Assembly (NCBI GenBank): GCA_002633005.1
Contig: NMRA01000216.1
Location: forward strand, 406,441 to 470,440
From: Phoronis australis
Lineage: Eukaryota > Animalia > Phoronida
Direction of reading: 5' to 3'
DNA: 64,000 bases
Shown here: piece after piece, positions 11,203-23,804 of the stretch
Numbering within the stretch: the stretch's first letter is position 1
Layout of the letters: the number at the start of each line of letters is the position of its first letter
Program-made: the position numbers and the translations under genes
Notes under the pieces: generated by a model
Database searches by the model: none
Seen by the model: the letters and a program-made list of their open reading frames with translations, nothing else
Told to the model about the DNA's origin: nothing

Positions 11203-14200
11203 AAATGCTGTTCTAACTTACAAAGCAGGGCATAACACTCATATCTGCCAATAAACGCACAATTACAAAAACAGTTTCACAAAGACAATTAGCCTCACAA
11301 TCACTCACACATGAATGCTAATTTTTTCGCAACATTCATACTGCAACAATTCAAAAAAAGTTGAATCACAATAAAACTAAATTTCAAACATTCTATCCAA
11401 GGCCAAAATCATCATTAATGAAACTTGTTGCTCAGAAATAGACTACGGTCTGGCAGCTACAACCCAATCACAGCCTATCAGCAAAGTTAATCAAAATGTT
11501 TTAGGACTCTAATTGCTGATAAAAGCTCAAATCATCAAGATGCATTATCAAAAATAGCATCTAACTAATCAATCAGACCTCAAAGTACTCCTCTTGTTAA
11601 ACTAAAACAATACTGCAATGCAATTATCAGCTTCCCCCAGTGTATTACACCAGATAATGATTTGGAATAAAGAAATCAAAGTTATCATTCAATCGCAGTC
11701 AATTAGCCCTTGACTATACACACATCCTCTCAGGCCTCAACTCCAACCAACATATACATCAATCGCCACCCACAACCACCTCAGCAATGCAACCGCCATG
11801 TCGCACTGAGAAGAGTACTTTTTTCCCCAACCAGGGTGCCTTTTCTGACATTCTCTGCAAAAGGTTTTTTCTGAAAAATTCCCTTCAAAAGAGTTTATTT
11901 CAAAGCACAACAAACGGTTTCTTTGTCCAACTGCAAGCATCCACATAACGGTTATCAACATTATATTTTACCTATGTAGCAAAACATGTACTCATTTTTG
12001 ACATTTGATCTCTTCTTGTACTATATCAGGCTATTAGGTTAAAAGGACAGATGTCCAATACTTCAGGTCTGATGAAACGAATTATCCCCTACAAAATGGT
12101 GACGTTTCAGCACCAAATTTCATCGGAACCTCCCTACAAATGGATCTCTTTTTTGAAGGTCGGTCTCTCGGAGGGTGGGCATCCTTATTCTTAACCTGCA
12201 ACCTTTCCCCTTCCCTCAATACCCATTGATGTTCCTATGGCAACAGAAGTCTGTATAATTGGTTTCTGACCCCAAGGACTTCTTGACAGTGGTTCTGCAC
12301 ATTTTAGATTTATCACACTGATAGCGAGACTAGACCCAGAAATACCTGGTTAGATTCAGGTTGGTGATAAGACCTGACCAAACTCCTTAGGTTAGTCTGG
12401 TCATAAGCTCCAACCATAACTACCCCCATATGGAATAACAACAGCCAACTGTCCCAATATAATGCAATGTTTTGAAACTCACATCAGGTCCACACACAAA
12501 TCATCAGTTGACCCTCCAATAGTGGTCAAGTTGAGATTAAATCGTACAGACTTTTTGAAGAATGAGTCTTGGCTATGCCTGCGTCTCTCCATCATGATCT
12601 GTAAAAGTGCCTGCAGTTTCCACGATGATATCTGGTTATCTGCTATTTGCTAGTTGAAACATGTGCTCCGTTGAGCATGACAATATCGGAACGTCAGCTT
12701 TGAAATCACATATATTGATGTGCTCGGTTACAGACGTATGGAGCAGACACAAAGGACTAAATTAGACATAACAAGATTTCCTAGGGAAACCCGAGATTTT
12801 TCAATCAGCCAAAAAATCTTTGCCAACTATTAGCACAAAAAGTAGTTAATCTCAAATAATTTGGGTCCAGTTGAATTAAGGATGGCGTTGCCTAGGCGAC
12901 GATCACCAGGCACGCAGGTTTAATACAAGCAATAATACAAGTCTAATAAAATTTGTCAAAGCATTTCCAGCATACAAAAGCATTAGGCTTATCTAATCAA
13001 GGGAAAAATTAGCTGATATGTTGCCTATAGCAACCTCAAGGACATTGGCCAAGACACTGAATACTAATTGGAAATAAATATCCATCAATCCCACAAGAAG
13101 TACACTGAGTTAGAAGTCTTACTGGATAATACTGCTTACAGGTATCCAATATTATGTAATAACAGTGGTTTAAGAACAACTGACCTCAGACATTGAAATT
13201 GTGGCTCATCACTGGGAAATAAAACCATTGCCAACTAATCTCCTGAACTGGGAGTTGACGTTAGTTTAAAACATCAATCCATGCAAAACTACAAAAAAAA
13301 TTCGGCTCTTTTTAAAAACACAATTAGGGGCAAAATGCTCGAAAATGACAGATAAGCGCAATAACTAAAAAACTGATTTAAGTCAATGATTTGTGAGAAA
13401 CATTACTTTCTAATAACATTTTAGTCATGAAGGTAACTTCGTTGGGATCATAGACTGAACCTGTTATTAGCTGTTATTTGCCATCAGCTCTATTATCATC
13501 ACTTCTGTAGTCTTGGTTTAGTCAAAGACTTTATAAAGCTCATCGTAATTTCCCTCAATTCCCTAGAGGCATCGTAATTGTACGCCTCAATGTTGCACAT
13601 CAAAACTATGCAAGTTTTTTTTTGTTTTTTTTTTTTTGTCTGAAAGTGCGCATGTGGGTTGTGTTAAGTACAGTTAAACTCAGAAACACTACAAAAGAAT
13701 TTTGACAAAATTTCATGAGAAAGACCAATAAATTGCTATGTGGAGATGGTACTGAGGCATCGTGTTTTCTCATGAGCGATCTTTCATACAACAATATGAG
13801 GACAAACTTCGTGGCAATACACCCACTGCACGTGCGCTAAAACTTTTGTGCCAATGTGAATGAAATACCAAAGAAAAGAAGAGGAGGCTAGTGTCATTAC
13901 TTCTATTTTTAAGCAATCATAAGTTAGGCTCGCGAATTTCGAACACAAATTACCAAATTCGCACGTTTTTCACCTAACATTATTGGGAATGCCAGACAAA
14001 CAGTGGAGATGAAGTAGAACCTGAAAATGGTGAAGCTCAAATTTGGGGCTACATCGCAGTCTTTTACTTTCAGAATTCGGAAAACAAAATTTCCGCCATA
14101 TTGTGTATTCTAAACTGGTACGATTTTACCTGAATGTTGCATAAAAATTAATGAGCAAGCACTTTGCGTCTCGTTTATTTTAATTTCATGTATCACCACA

Positions 14201-17200
14201 CAATATGAGTGAATCGCGCTATGGCATTATTGTTGTCGTGTACGTGATCGCCTATGAGAATAGCCACGTTAATGGCAGTTTGCAGACTTTCCGCTTCACG
14301 AATGAATTGAGAAAAACGTTTTAAGCAAACAGTGAAATGAAACTAAAATAGTGAACTCTCATCCTAACGTACTACAATAAAAAGTGCATTCGTGGATATG
14401 ACGAACGCAATAAAATGCACCACAAATAAGACTGCTGTTTGAGGACATGTGATACAGCTTGACAGAATATCACTTCCAATTGTTATCTTGGCTGTTTGAA
14501 CATAACCAACATCATACGTTTCTACACCTTCCACCTTATTTTACAACTTGAATAGCCAAATCTCAAAATTTTCTGCAACTCATACAATCAGAGCAACATT
14601 AACAAGAATATCTTCTGGAATGTGCTCCATCTCAATGAACGACATCATCTTCAACCAGTTTGATATTGTTTAAAAATTTTGGTCAGAAAGCTATTTCTTA
14701 CCATCTAAACGTCGTCCATACGATGGTGGTACAGCCCTTTCTTTGACAGAAAGGATACATGTTCACTCACTAACAAACCAAATGCCCACACAGCAGAGAC
14801 AAATTGGAGCACCCTTAGAAGAGGACTAGGATTGATAAATTACTAGGAAAGATAACCCATATGGGACTCATGCACAGATATCAGCAAAAGAGGCAACCAC
14901 AAAATAAATCACCTCCAGTAACGGAAATAGACTTTTTGACACATCGCACACACTGTCCTATTGTTGTAAATGAATACCTATGTACTGTAGCTGACCTACT
15001 TCTACACTTCAAACAGTTTCCTTTTCTTCTTTTTATCCACAGCAATAATGACCAACATGATAAGGATGTGCTGTCATGGAGCCTAGCCAACTGAATAAAA
15101 AATTACTCTAAGTTTATACAATAAATCCCTTCCACAAGTAAAAAGACTGTATTTAAAATACAATAATATGTATACACAATACTAGCGGTTATTTAGGAAT
15201 ACACTCGCAGCACAAACATCTCAGACTAAGAGCTAACAGTATTGAAAGCTGCACACGTTCATTCAAAAACCTCCTAGCAGCATCGATCACGTTAATGCTA
15301 AACTGTTCATCCCATTCAGTCCCTCACTGAATCATCTGCAGAATAATGTGAACTTTAAGTTGTAAGCCAAAGGGTAAAAACAATATTAAAAAATACAGAA
15401 AACCCCATTTCTACAGGAAATGACAGGAAAAAACAATAGCTATCTTTTTACAAAGGTCAGCTATTTGTCATACCGCAAGCAGAGCTCCCATAAGAATTAC
15501 CAATGTGTCAATCTCACAGTCACGGTATCTAATCTTTACACACCTGTGGCATACACACGTAGATTAATATCATAAAGTTTTAAGTCAGTAACGCATTGCA
15601 TTTATAAACACAAAATATTTTGTAAAGCAACTTCATAGCTGCATTACTATTGATCATCAAATTACATGTAAACCGCACTTTTCTATTTATACACATGTAA
15701 TGGTAATTGATTACCAGTTGAGGTGGAGAAAGTCCAGTTTAACTACAAAAACGCTACATCAGGTACCACTACATCAGGTACCAATCAAGTTTTTAATGTC
15801 AACACCTGAAGTGTGGGCAAGTTTATCTAAATTAGTTTGTGTTCACTATAAAATCTGAGTCAAGAACTGGTGAAGCTTATCAGCGACCACTTGAGAAGGC
15901 TGTTGGCACAGATGGAAATCTCATGCAATGACAGATCTATAACTTTAGAAATCATTACACCGATTACAGCCACATTCGCCCACAGAAGGAAAAGGAAATT
16001 TATTTTCTTTCAGATTTAAACCTGTTCCAGGGGGGTTCTGGAGTTTACATCAGGGCTTGAACTTTTCTCTATCACGCTCCGCAGGTGTTTTCATGAACGA
16101 TGTCTTTTTTTCATGAACGCAAATCTTTTTAGCAATACACATTTTTTTCTTCTCAACCACAGTTCCGTTCTTACTAAACCGGCTATCTTCTCTATAAGTA
16201 CCTTGAACTGATCACAATAGCAATTACTTGTTCATCAGCAGAGTTCTTTTCTTCAAACCGCAGAATGACAGTGTTCATGCTATTAACAACAGATTCAATT
16301 ACAAAATGTATTTGTTCATCACTTGACAAGGGGCAGTTTTGCACTTGTGACTACAATACATTAAAAATTTGAAATTCATCCGGTGGTATCCCAAGCCTCC
16401 AACACACTTCAGGTGTTTTAAAGCAATTTGCTACACTAGTTTCAAAAATATTTGTACAAATGTGTGGATGCACATCTTTCTAAATTTTATAAGATTTCAC
16501 TCCCAGGGAGGGTGTGCTACCTCCATAAAGCCCCCTACAACAGTGCTGTAAGTCAACCTGAAACCACAGAACAATGTGCACAGCATCTTATGTCCTAGCC
16601 AGCAATTATGAATGTTTCATTTTGATAAGTTGGGATTCCTACAGCCATTTACCACAGTCCCTGGACTTTAGGACCACCTTCTTTAGTCTGGAGATCAGGG
16701 AACACAGATTGGTGTCATTGACAGTTGTCTGCATGTGACAATATTCTTTCTCAACCATTTTATTCACTGCGGATTAAAAAAAATTAAATCCGTCTTTAAA
16801 ATTAAACCTTTGAATCAGCAAAAATCGGTAAACTACATAAGAAGAAAGGAGAAATAATGTGCATTACAACTACCAGTTTCTGCATATCTCAACCTCTATT
16901 GTGTAACCTGTATGAGCAACGCTATGGGGAGACTTGGCTTGGGCACACCATCACCACCACAACCACAACCACCAGAGTGATCTTGATACCCCCCAAAGAA
17001 TGCAGTGAAATTTGAATGGAGGACTATCTCATGATTCCCAGGAAATGATCATTGTTCAGGAGAAAAGAACACTCTTCAGGAGAAACCAAATGCGGTGAAT
17101 GAGAAAAGAAATAGAGTAATTATGAATTGAGTAGTTCGTGAGAAAAGAAATGCAGTGGGTAAGAAAAGAATTGCGTTGATAAGAAGAAGAATGGGTTAGC

Positions 17201-18399
17201 GAGAGCAGTGTGTGGGTCATCAAGGAGGAGAGTTGGTAACCTCCTTGACAACACCCTTTAACAATCAGATCACCAGGAAAACAAAGGTTTTAAAGACAGA
17301 CAAAGAATATCCTCAATAAGGAAAGCCATAAAACTAACGCCAACAAGATAGTTCGTAACTAAGAGCTAACTGTCTGGCACCACTAGCTATTTATCACCAG
17401 ATGTGGTAATTAAGCCATGTGCTAATTACTAAGCTAAGTTCATGATAACATCAGTTTTCAAAAGCATCCAGCAATAATCAGCGTTTAAAGCCTGTTTTCG
17501 ATTTGTAGATTTTCACTCTGGATCTTTTCCTTGTGTGACAGCAAAAATCAAATCCTGTCATGGTAAGGAAAATTACGGGGAAAGGTTTTGTAGGCGTACA
17601 CCACATGCTCCCACATTCGAATTTCACTGTATCCTTCGTGGGTGTAAAGATCACCCTGTGATGTACAAGAGTTAATTTGCCCCGTCCTTTTGCTCAGGCA
17701 GGATACACGTAAGAGGATGGGACGTATCATCAAATGAACAGACATTCTAATGCCCATTATTTCTCTTTTCTTCTGTCGTACTCAAAAGATTTTTTGCCAT
17801 CCAAACAACGAAAAAATTCAATTTCCAAAGACAGATTTAGTCAGCAGTCTCTAANCCTAGTAAATCCCCAAACAATAGAAGTTGGTCATACAAGTCCAGG
17901 TACTGCGATGAGTGAGTGAATAGCATACAAAGCTGTCATCAGGAAATGTGAGGTAGGGACTAATGTTAGAGGTCTAGTTTTGATTTTATTTTTTCAGAAA
18001 GCTGAGCAGAAGGTATTTCCATTTTACTATTGGTTGAAATGCCGAAGTCCTATTAGGGCAACATTTGTCATCAGTTTCATAGTATAAATTAAGCTCAAAT
18101 GAGAATTTTCAACAACAAGACAATGAAATCTCATCCAAAAGAAATTTCTGACACTAAGCAGCTCTCTGACAGACAGAAAACATAATATTTCTTTCCAAAG
18201 CTATTTCCAAAAATGGAGATATTCAGAATAGACAAAAGCCTGATCTTCACTCGGACAAAAAATAAAAGTACTTTTATCCCAGAAATTCTGAACACAAATG
18301 GTGCAGAACTCAGTTTAGCGCAGGTAATGTCAACAATCCTGACCACAATATCATACACTACCAGCCATTCATTGCAGTTGCATTGGATGACGAAATTCT

Positions 18400-19209
18400 C
18401 CAGTTGTGAAATACACGATTCGCCTCAGGGAGCGCTAATTACAGACATCAAAACACCAGCAATTTTAATTTAGCAAAATCAAGAGAAGGGGCAAAAAGCA
18501 GTCCATCAAATGAGATCAAACAAAAACCAAACAATTGAGCCGTGTGAAAAAGTGTACAAAGAACGGTCTTTGATGAAGAGCTAATTACAAAGCATCCTTC
18601 GCCAATGTAACTCAATATCTCCCTCATGATCATCTTTAACCAGTAAATAATATGTCAATCAAATACTACCAATATTTGTTGTTATTTGGATATGTTAAAG
18701 CAACAGATTGACAGCTGGCTTCTAGTATGAAATGTTCTAAACCATATGATGGCTTTGCTGGTTGGTATATCAATCAAATATTATATCATTATTGTCATTA
18801 TTGTCATTTAGGTGTTTTCAACAAGTTTTATTCAGACGGTTATCACACAGTAGAATCAAACTACATATTCATGCCGATCAAAAAAGGGTGACGGACTTGC
18901 CTTCCTCACTCAAACAGACCAACTTCCACCAATACTTTAGTCTCTGTTCAAATCACTACCACCAGACATTCTTAAAATAGGAAAAGAAAATAACACATCT
19001 TAATAACTGGTGCCATCCAAGATTATTTTCTGCAGTGTCACCAACGTAAAATCGCCCATCAAGAAATTGTGGAAAACACGTCAATTCGCTACGTGGAGCA
19101 AGATGTGCTGCGTTTGAAAGTATTAGAGTCCCTTTTAATTGCTTTTGAGAAGCCTGATTTGAATGAGCGCCAAACAGGTTCGCGACGCACGTTACACTTG
19201 TTTGCATGA
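18400..19209 (+). mobile_element. Degenerate Penelope-like retroelement 3' part (GIY-YIG endonuclease C-terminus)
   Basis: ~19006-19209 reads TGAIQDYFLQCHQRKIAHQEIVENTSIRYVEQDVLRLKVLESLLIAFEKPDLNERQTGSRRTLHLFA*, the typical Penelope E-x-L-x-I-x3-K-P-x-L-N...L-x-L-F ending. Upstream frames are broken and the left boundary is approximate. Confidence 0.75.
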
Positions 19210-19957
19210 CTTTCCTGTTACCCCCTTCATTAGTCATTCTTTGCAGTATTTCACACCCGCCGTGACTCACTGTGTGTGTCATCAACTTATGCTATGTGGA
19301 GGCATTACTGTGTCATTTTATCTTCACTTGAGAATAAAACAAGTATGTTTCGAAATATCGTGTGTCTTTTAATTAAGTCGCTAGGTCAGTTACTGTATCT
19401 ATGTTCAGTTGAGAGTAGAGTTTTGTTCCGAAAGTAGAAACGTAACGACTGTGAACAATGAAAAGTGTTGTGCGTTTAACAAATTCTTAATAACTTTGTA
19501 TAGTAATGTGACTGATATTCAATCATTACCAATCTTCAAAACATCATTTTCAGACACCATTGAAGTGACCAGCGTAGCCTTCCACAGACCAAGTTTCTTA
19601 CGATAAAAGCACGAACTCGCAAGCCCTCGGAATATCACGCGTGTAAAAGGCGAGTGTTTCGTGGGCATGCCCTGGAGCTTACATAGCCTAATAGCAACCA
19701 CCGAGGTGATTGGTTGGTGAGGTTCACATTGACAATTAAAACTGTTGTAACCTTAGGTCACGGTTTTAATTGCAAGTCGTCAGTGCTATTGCTTTCTGAT
19801 TCACCCCGGTTGGTGCCATCCTGGTCAGTGATTCTAGCCAGACTTGACAGCAGTGCCACCTACTGAGTTATACCTTACACAGTGCAGTGTTCATCATACA
19901 TAGTTACAGCAGTTATAATCTCTCGTTAAACCACTCTCACAGAGGGTTGAACTGCAC

Positions 19958-20450
19958 CAGGGCTTTAACTTGTCCAGTCGGACAAGTAGAAATGAAATTT
20001 ACTTGCCCTGACTTATAAGACACTTGTCCAAAGGTAATTAAACTCAAATTATACTTTTCAAATATATATGAATGTTGCACATTATACCTGTCACAAGCTC
20101 AATAAACATGTGTTTGGATTTCACCAGTGAACACGCTACAAGTTTAGCCTGGCTTTTCAATTCAGTTATATGTTTTTCATAAGCTGCTGCGTGAGTCGTC
20201 AACCGTTTGTGACTTTTCAAAGAGTCGATCCTGAACACATCTTACCCAGAGGCAACAGATAAACTGTTTTCGTCGCCGCATTTTATTTCTGGTCGCTATC
20301 ATACCATAACCAGTCAGACAAAATCTTCCTTCCATTTCGGAAGGAGTCAATTCCCGTTTTGTTTATTGGTTTCATACTGTTGCTTGGTGGTTTCACGCCC
20401 TTTGGTTTGGTTACCAGTTGCAAGATAAGAGCTCCTTGACTTGAAGCCAT
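19958..20450 (-). mobile_element. Relic of a hAT (ZNF862/TTF zinc-finger-like) transposon
   Basis: The cagggctttaacttgtcc...ggacaag terminus lies at 19958. Frameshifted minus-strand pieces YETNK, LLPKWKEDF, WLWYDSDQ and FRIDSLKSH resemble the N-terminal TTF-type zinc finger of such transposases. Confidence 0.6.
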
Positions 20451-21390
20451 ACGCAAACTAAGTATCTATTTCGATATTGCAACTAAAGCCACCGGCGCAG
20501 ACAACAGTTTCCACACATGTCGTAAGACAGTCGAATGTCGTAAAGTTTTATTAACAAGTGCTAGCGAGTTATCGCTACTACACGTGAGTCTTATACGTAA
20601 ATCAAAACTTGTAACGATCAAGTGTCAAAATGTGTTGATGAGCAAATGATTGAAATTTAGCTTTCCGTACTCGTCAGCGTTACCACCCAGGGCGCTTAAA
20701 TTGGGAATCTAAAAAACAGTGCGTGTGCGGTAAGTCGAGCATGGGCGGTCAAAGTCGACATTTTTTCAAAGAGTTGTTGGTTACTGCATGGAGGACCGAT
20801 TTTACCCTGACGGAGCTACACTGACGTCGGACTTCAAGTTAAAATATAAGTCAGGGGATTGAAGTACTGGTCTTCCGTCGACGGCCTGCACACACGATAC
20901 AGTGGTGTCGTGATCCTGAGAGTGATTGGGTGTTTACGTACCTAAAGTATTCCTACAGGCAGTCGTGCATTCTGTAGGGCAAGTTTCTGGAGAATAAAGA
21001 CAGATTAAACAAGGCTCTGATAATAAGCGGTGTATTTTTAAGGGAAGCACTCGATTGTGTAAAGATTTGCTTCTCACTGGACACTTAGGCAACCAAGCAC
21101 TACTAATGATTGACATGTCTTCTTATTGAATACTTTCAACAGTGTAACATTTTATATACATTGTATATTTCTTTTTGAGTTGGAAGCCAACACTGCTGAT
21201 ATTATTCAAAGCACTGCTCAACAATTGACCTATCGCCAGGATTATGACGGACGGCTTAATTGACCAATCAGAACAAAGCATTCTTGGCACACCTTCGTCT
21301 GCGTTTCCAAGCCGCCATTATACCCGACAAACCACACGTAGTCGAGTAAAACTTACTTTAATCTATAGCTCAAGAAATTGTCCGCTAAGA

Positions 21391-21606
21391 ATGGGGAAAC
21401 GGTGTTGATATGGCGTGTGTAGCACCGACAACCGTTATGCTGCTCCAGAATAATATCCCGTCATTTTTTGGCATGTCCTAAGCCGAGAAATGGTGTTGAA
21501 AAGCGTAAACTATGGATCAAACTGTACGGCCACACGAGCAGCTGAACTTAGCGATGTTGCTTGATAACTCGAAGGCTATAATAAACACAAATATATTAGT
21601 TCCAAG
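21391..21606 (+). pseudogene. Decayed THAP zinc-finger N-terminus of the transposase
   Basis: Fragments across stops and frameshifts read MGKRC*YGVCSTDNRY, PKPRNGVEKRKLWIKL, HEQLN and NKHKYISSK. These follow the THAP pattern C-x4-C...P...W...(C)SKHF. Confidence 0.7.
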
Positions 21607-22109
21607 ATACGCACTTTTCAGCTTGGTGGCTATGGTGAAGGGCTATCTCAGATTGTGACTCCCAAGTTTCCTACGTCTGACCGCCTTTGTCTCGACACCT
21701 GCTGGATCTCAGCACTCTAGCGGTATAGTCCCCAGAAATTGTTGTTTTCAAGGACATTTTTATTTTATGTTTTTTTTTAATTATTTCAACCTAACAGAGG
21801 TACATTTTTGTTATTCATAAACCCGTAGGCTGGCATTCAACTGAACTTCTCTCCCGGTCAAAATTCAGAGATTCGATCTGCACAGGGAGGGGCACTGGAT
21901 TACTGCCGGTAACTCAAAGCCTTGTCGAGCTGTTGTCACTAAACATAAACTGTTGAATTACTTTTTGACGTGTACCTCTAGTATACACTATGTCTGTAGA
22001 GTTAGACAGAGCTCATTTTGAAGTTGTTCAAACATGATATTTAGATTTATGAAGCTTTAAAAAAGAATTTGAGTTATTTTNACATATCGTATCAGTGGCC
22101 TTGTCATTT

Positions 22110-22336
22110 GTCAGGTGAAGGTGGCCCCGAGGCAGAGGGTTTCTTCGGATTTTCGCTGGCTCCTCGAGCCATTTTTTCATCGTCACCTTTACAAATTCCC
22201 ATATCATGAACGTACGATTCTCCGCTGTTGAAAAGCATCGCCTCTTGTCTCTGTCGAAGCGTTTTCAAATAGTGCAAAAACACTCATCGATTCCACCAGG
22301 AACGTCGTTTAGCGACAGTGTATTTGCCTCTGACAT
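22110..22336 (-). pseudogene. Decayed N-terminus of the second (SWIM/YqaJ-type) ORF of the ISL2EU-like element
   Basis: ATG at 22336. Frameshifted fragments ESYVHDM and RSQRKSEE resemble recalled N-terminal motifs of ISL2EU YqaJ-nuclease ORFs. Confidence 0.5.
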
Positions 22337-23760
22337 CTCGTTCGAATGTCGGGTATCACGTGACTTTTCGCATAGGGGCGGAGCTTGCGATAGGTCAATT
22401 TAGGCAATAGGGGTACTCAGTCAGCTGCCAAAATAATGAAGCAAAAACATATCTTGTAAAAAGTCATTAGGCAAATCAAAAATTCAAAAAAATAAGTTTT
22501 TGTTGTCGTGGAACGTGGACAAAATGTTCGAGTTACAAGTTGATTTTTTGCACTCTTGCCTTTGGTTGGGTGCTTCCATTTTGGTGTCAGAAGTGAAAGT
22601 CAATAAAAACATGCGTTTCACCAAGACGAATGAGACAAATCGTCGGGAACCTGGCATGCGCTCAAAACGCTCGGAACTACGCTAGGACCTAGCTAAAATC
22701 AAAACTTTGCCAGATTAGGTGAGATACTGCCGTGTATTTAAATGACAACATGTCACTTTGGCTAGAACTATTCGAATGCAATTGCCTCAGATCGCGTCCA
22801 ATCATGACCTCTTGCATAATCTAAACAACACCTTGGCGATTTGCGCCAGATCTTACCGACACTGAGGACTAAACAAGTGAGTTATCACTGGTACGAAGAA
22901 GTTCTGATCGTTCAGATTTACTATAGTTTCCAAAAATTCACTAACTTGCTCCGCCGTGTGCTTATCCGGACCAACAAATTGGTTGTACTGGGCAGTCGGA
23001 CTACTGTTAATGTCGAGCCCCGTGCACTACACTTACAACTTTTAAAACCGGAGGTCAAATCAAGAGTGATAAACTTTAAATCGGTTGGTTCGAACTGAGC
23101 ATTAGTTCACCTCCATTAAGGTGACTATCACTGTCATGGGTGATATATCAAAATTCAAATAGCTGGATTTATGATGTCCATCAGGTTAATTTCCCAAGTG
23201 ACAAACTAAATACAGGATAACAATCGGGCCACAAATCAATGGGGTGGACACACATTTTACCTTTTATTGATGAGACCTTAGGTTTCATGTCGCAGGACAA
23301 AGCCAGTTCATCAAACAGCAGTTTATCGAACACTGTCAAAAAACTGAAAGTTTGAAGTAAAACCAACAACAGACCCTGAAGCTGGGTTGTCGTTTTCTAC
23401 GTGGGCAAATGTATGTTATGCCAGGTTTGTTTTGAAAATGATTGCAAATGTGCCCAATAAGTGGTGCTAATATACAACCCACATGACATGTCACTATGCC
23501 AAAGCATAAGTTCACAGCACCAGAATTTCTTGTGAGAAAAACAGAAGAATTTATAGTCTTGCGTGTAATCTCTAAGGAAATTGAAAACAAGTAATGACAA
23601 GTAATGTTTTGGCACACAACAGGCATTACTACCCTCCCATACAAAAGTAAAATTGCTTCCCTTTAAACACAAGCAATATTTTGTAGTTATACAGCACTGC
23701 ATTCACCTAATGTAGTTGAAATGATCCAAGCTAAAAAATACAAAACTTGTTCAAACATGG

Positions 23761-23804
23761 ATATTATCCAAGCTTGGATAACATTGTCCAAGCTTGGATA
23801 ATAT
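23761..23804. repeat. Nested palindrome / 20-bp tandem duplication
   Basis: atattatccaagcttgga-taacattg-tccaagcttggataatat has perfect 18-bp inverted arms, and each arm contains the palindrome tccaagcttgga. Confidence 0.9.

Larger units (their letters stand above)
21223..22400. mobile_element. Internally deleted ISL2EU-like (PHIS group) DNA transposon
   Basis: Terminal inverted repeats aattgacctatcgccag (21223-21239) and cttgcgataggtcaatt (22384-22400) match at 16 of 17 nt. Two convergent decayed ORF starts lie inside. Confidence 0.75.

Noticed and set aside
14600-14780. Possible YqaJ-like remnant (GLLVSEHVSFL, CTTIVWT)
   Set aside because: The catalytic ASPDG motif is absent and the sequence is too degraded to support by eye.
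14881-15090. Minus-strand ORF with an acceptor and an RSRSAT motif
   Set aside because: The best donor is weak and phase 2, incompatible with the phase-0 GoLoco exon, and I recognise no homology.
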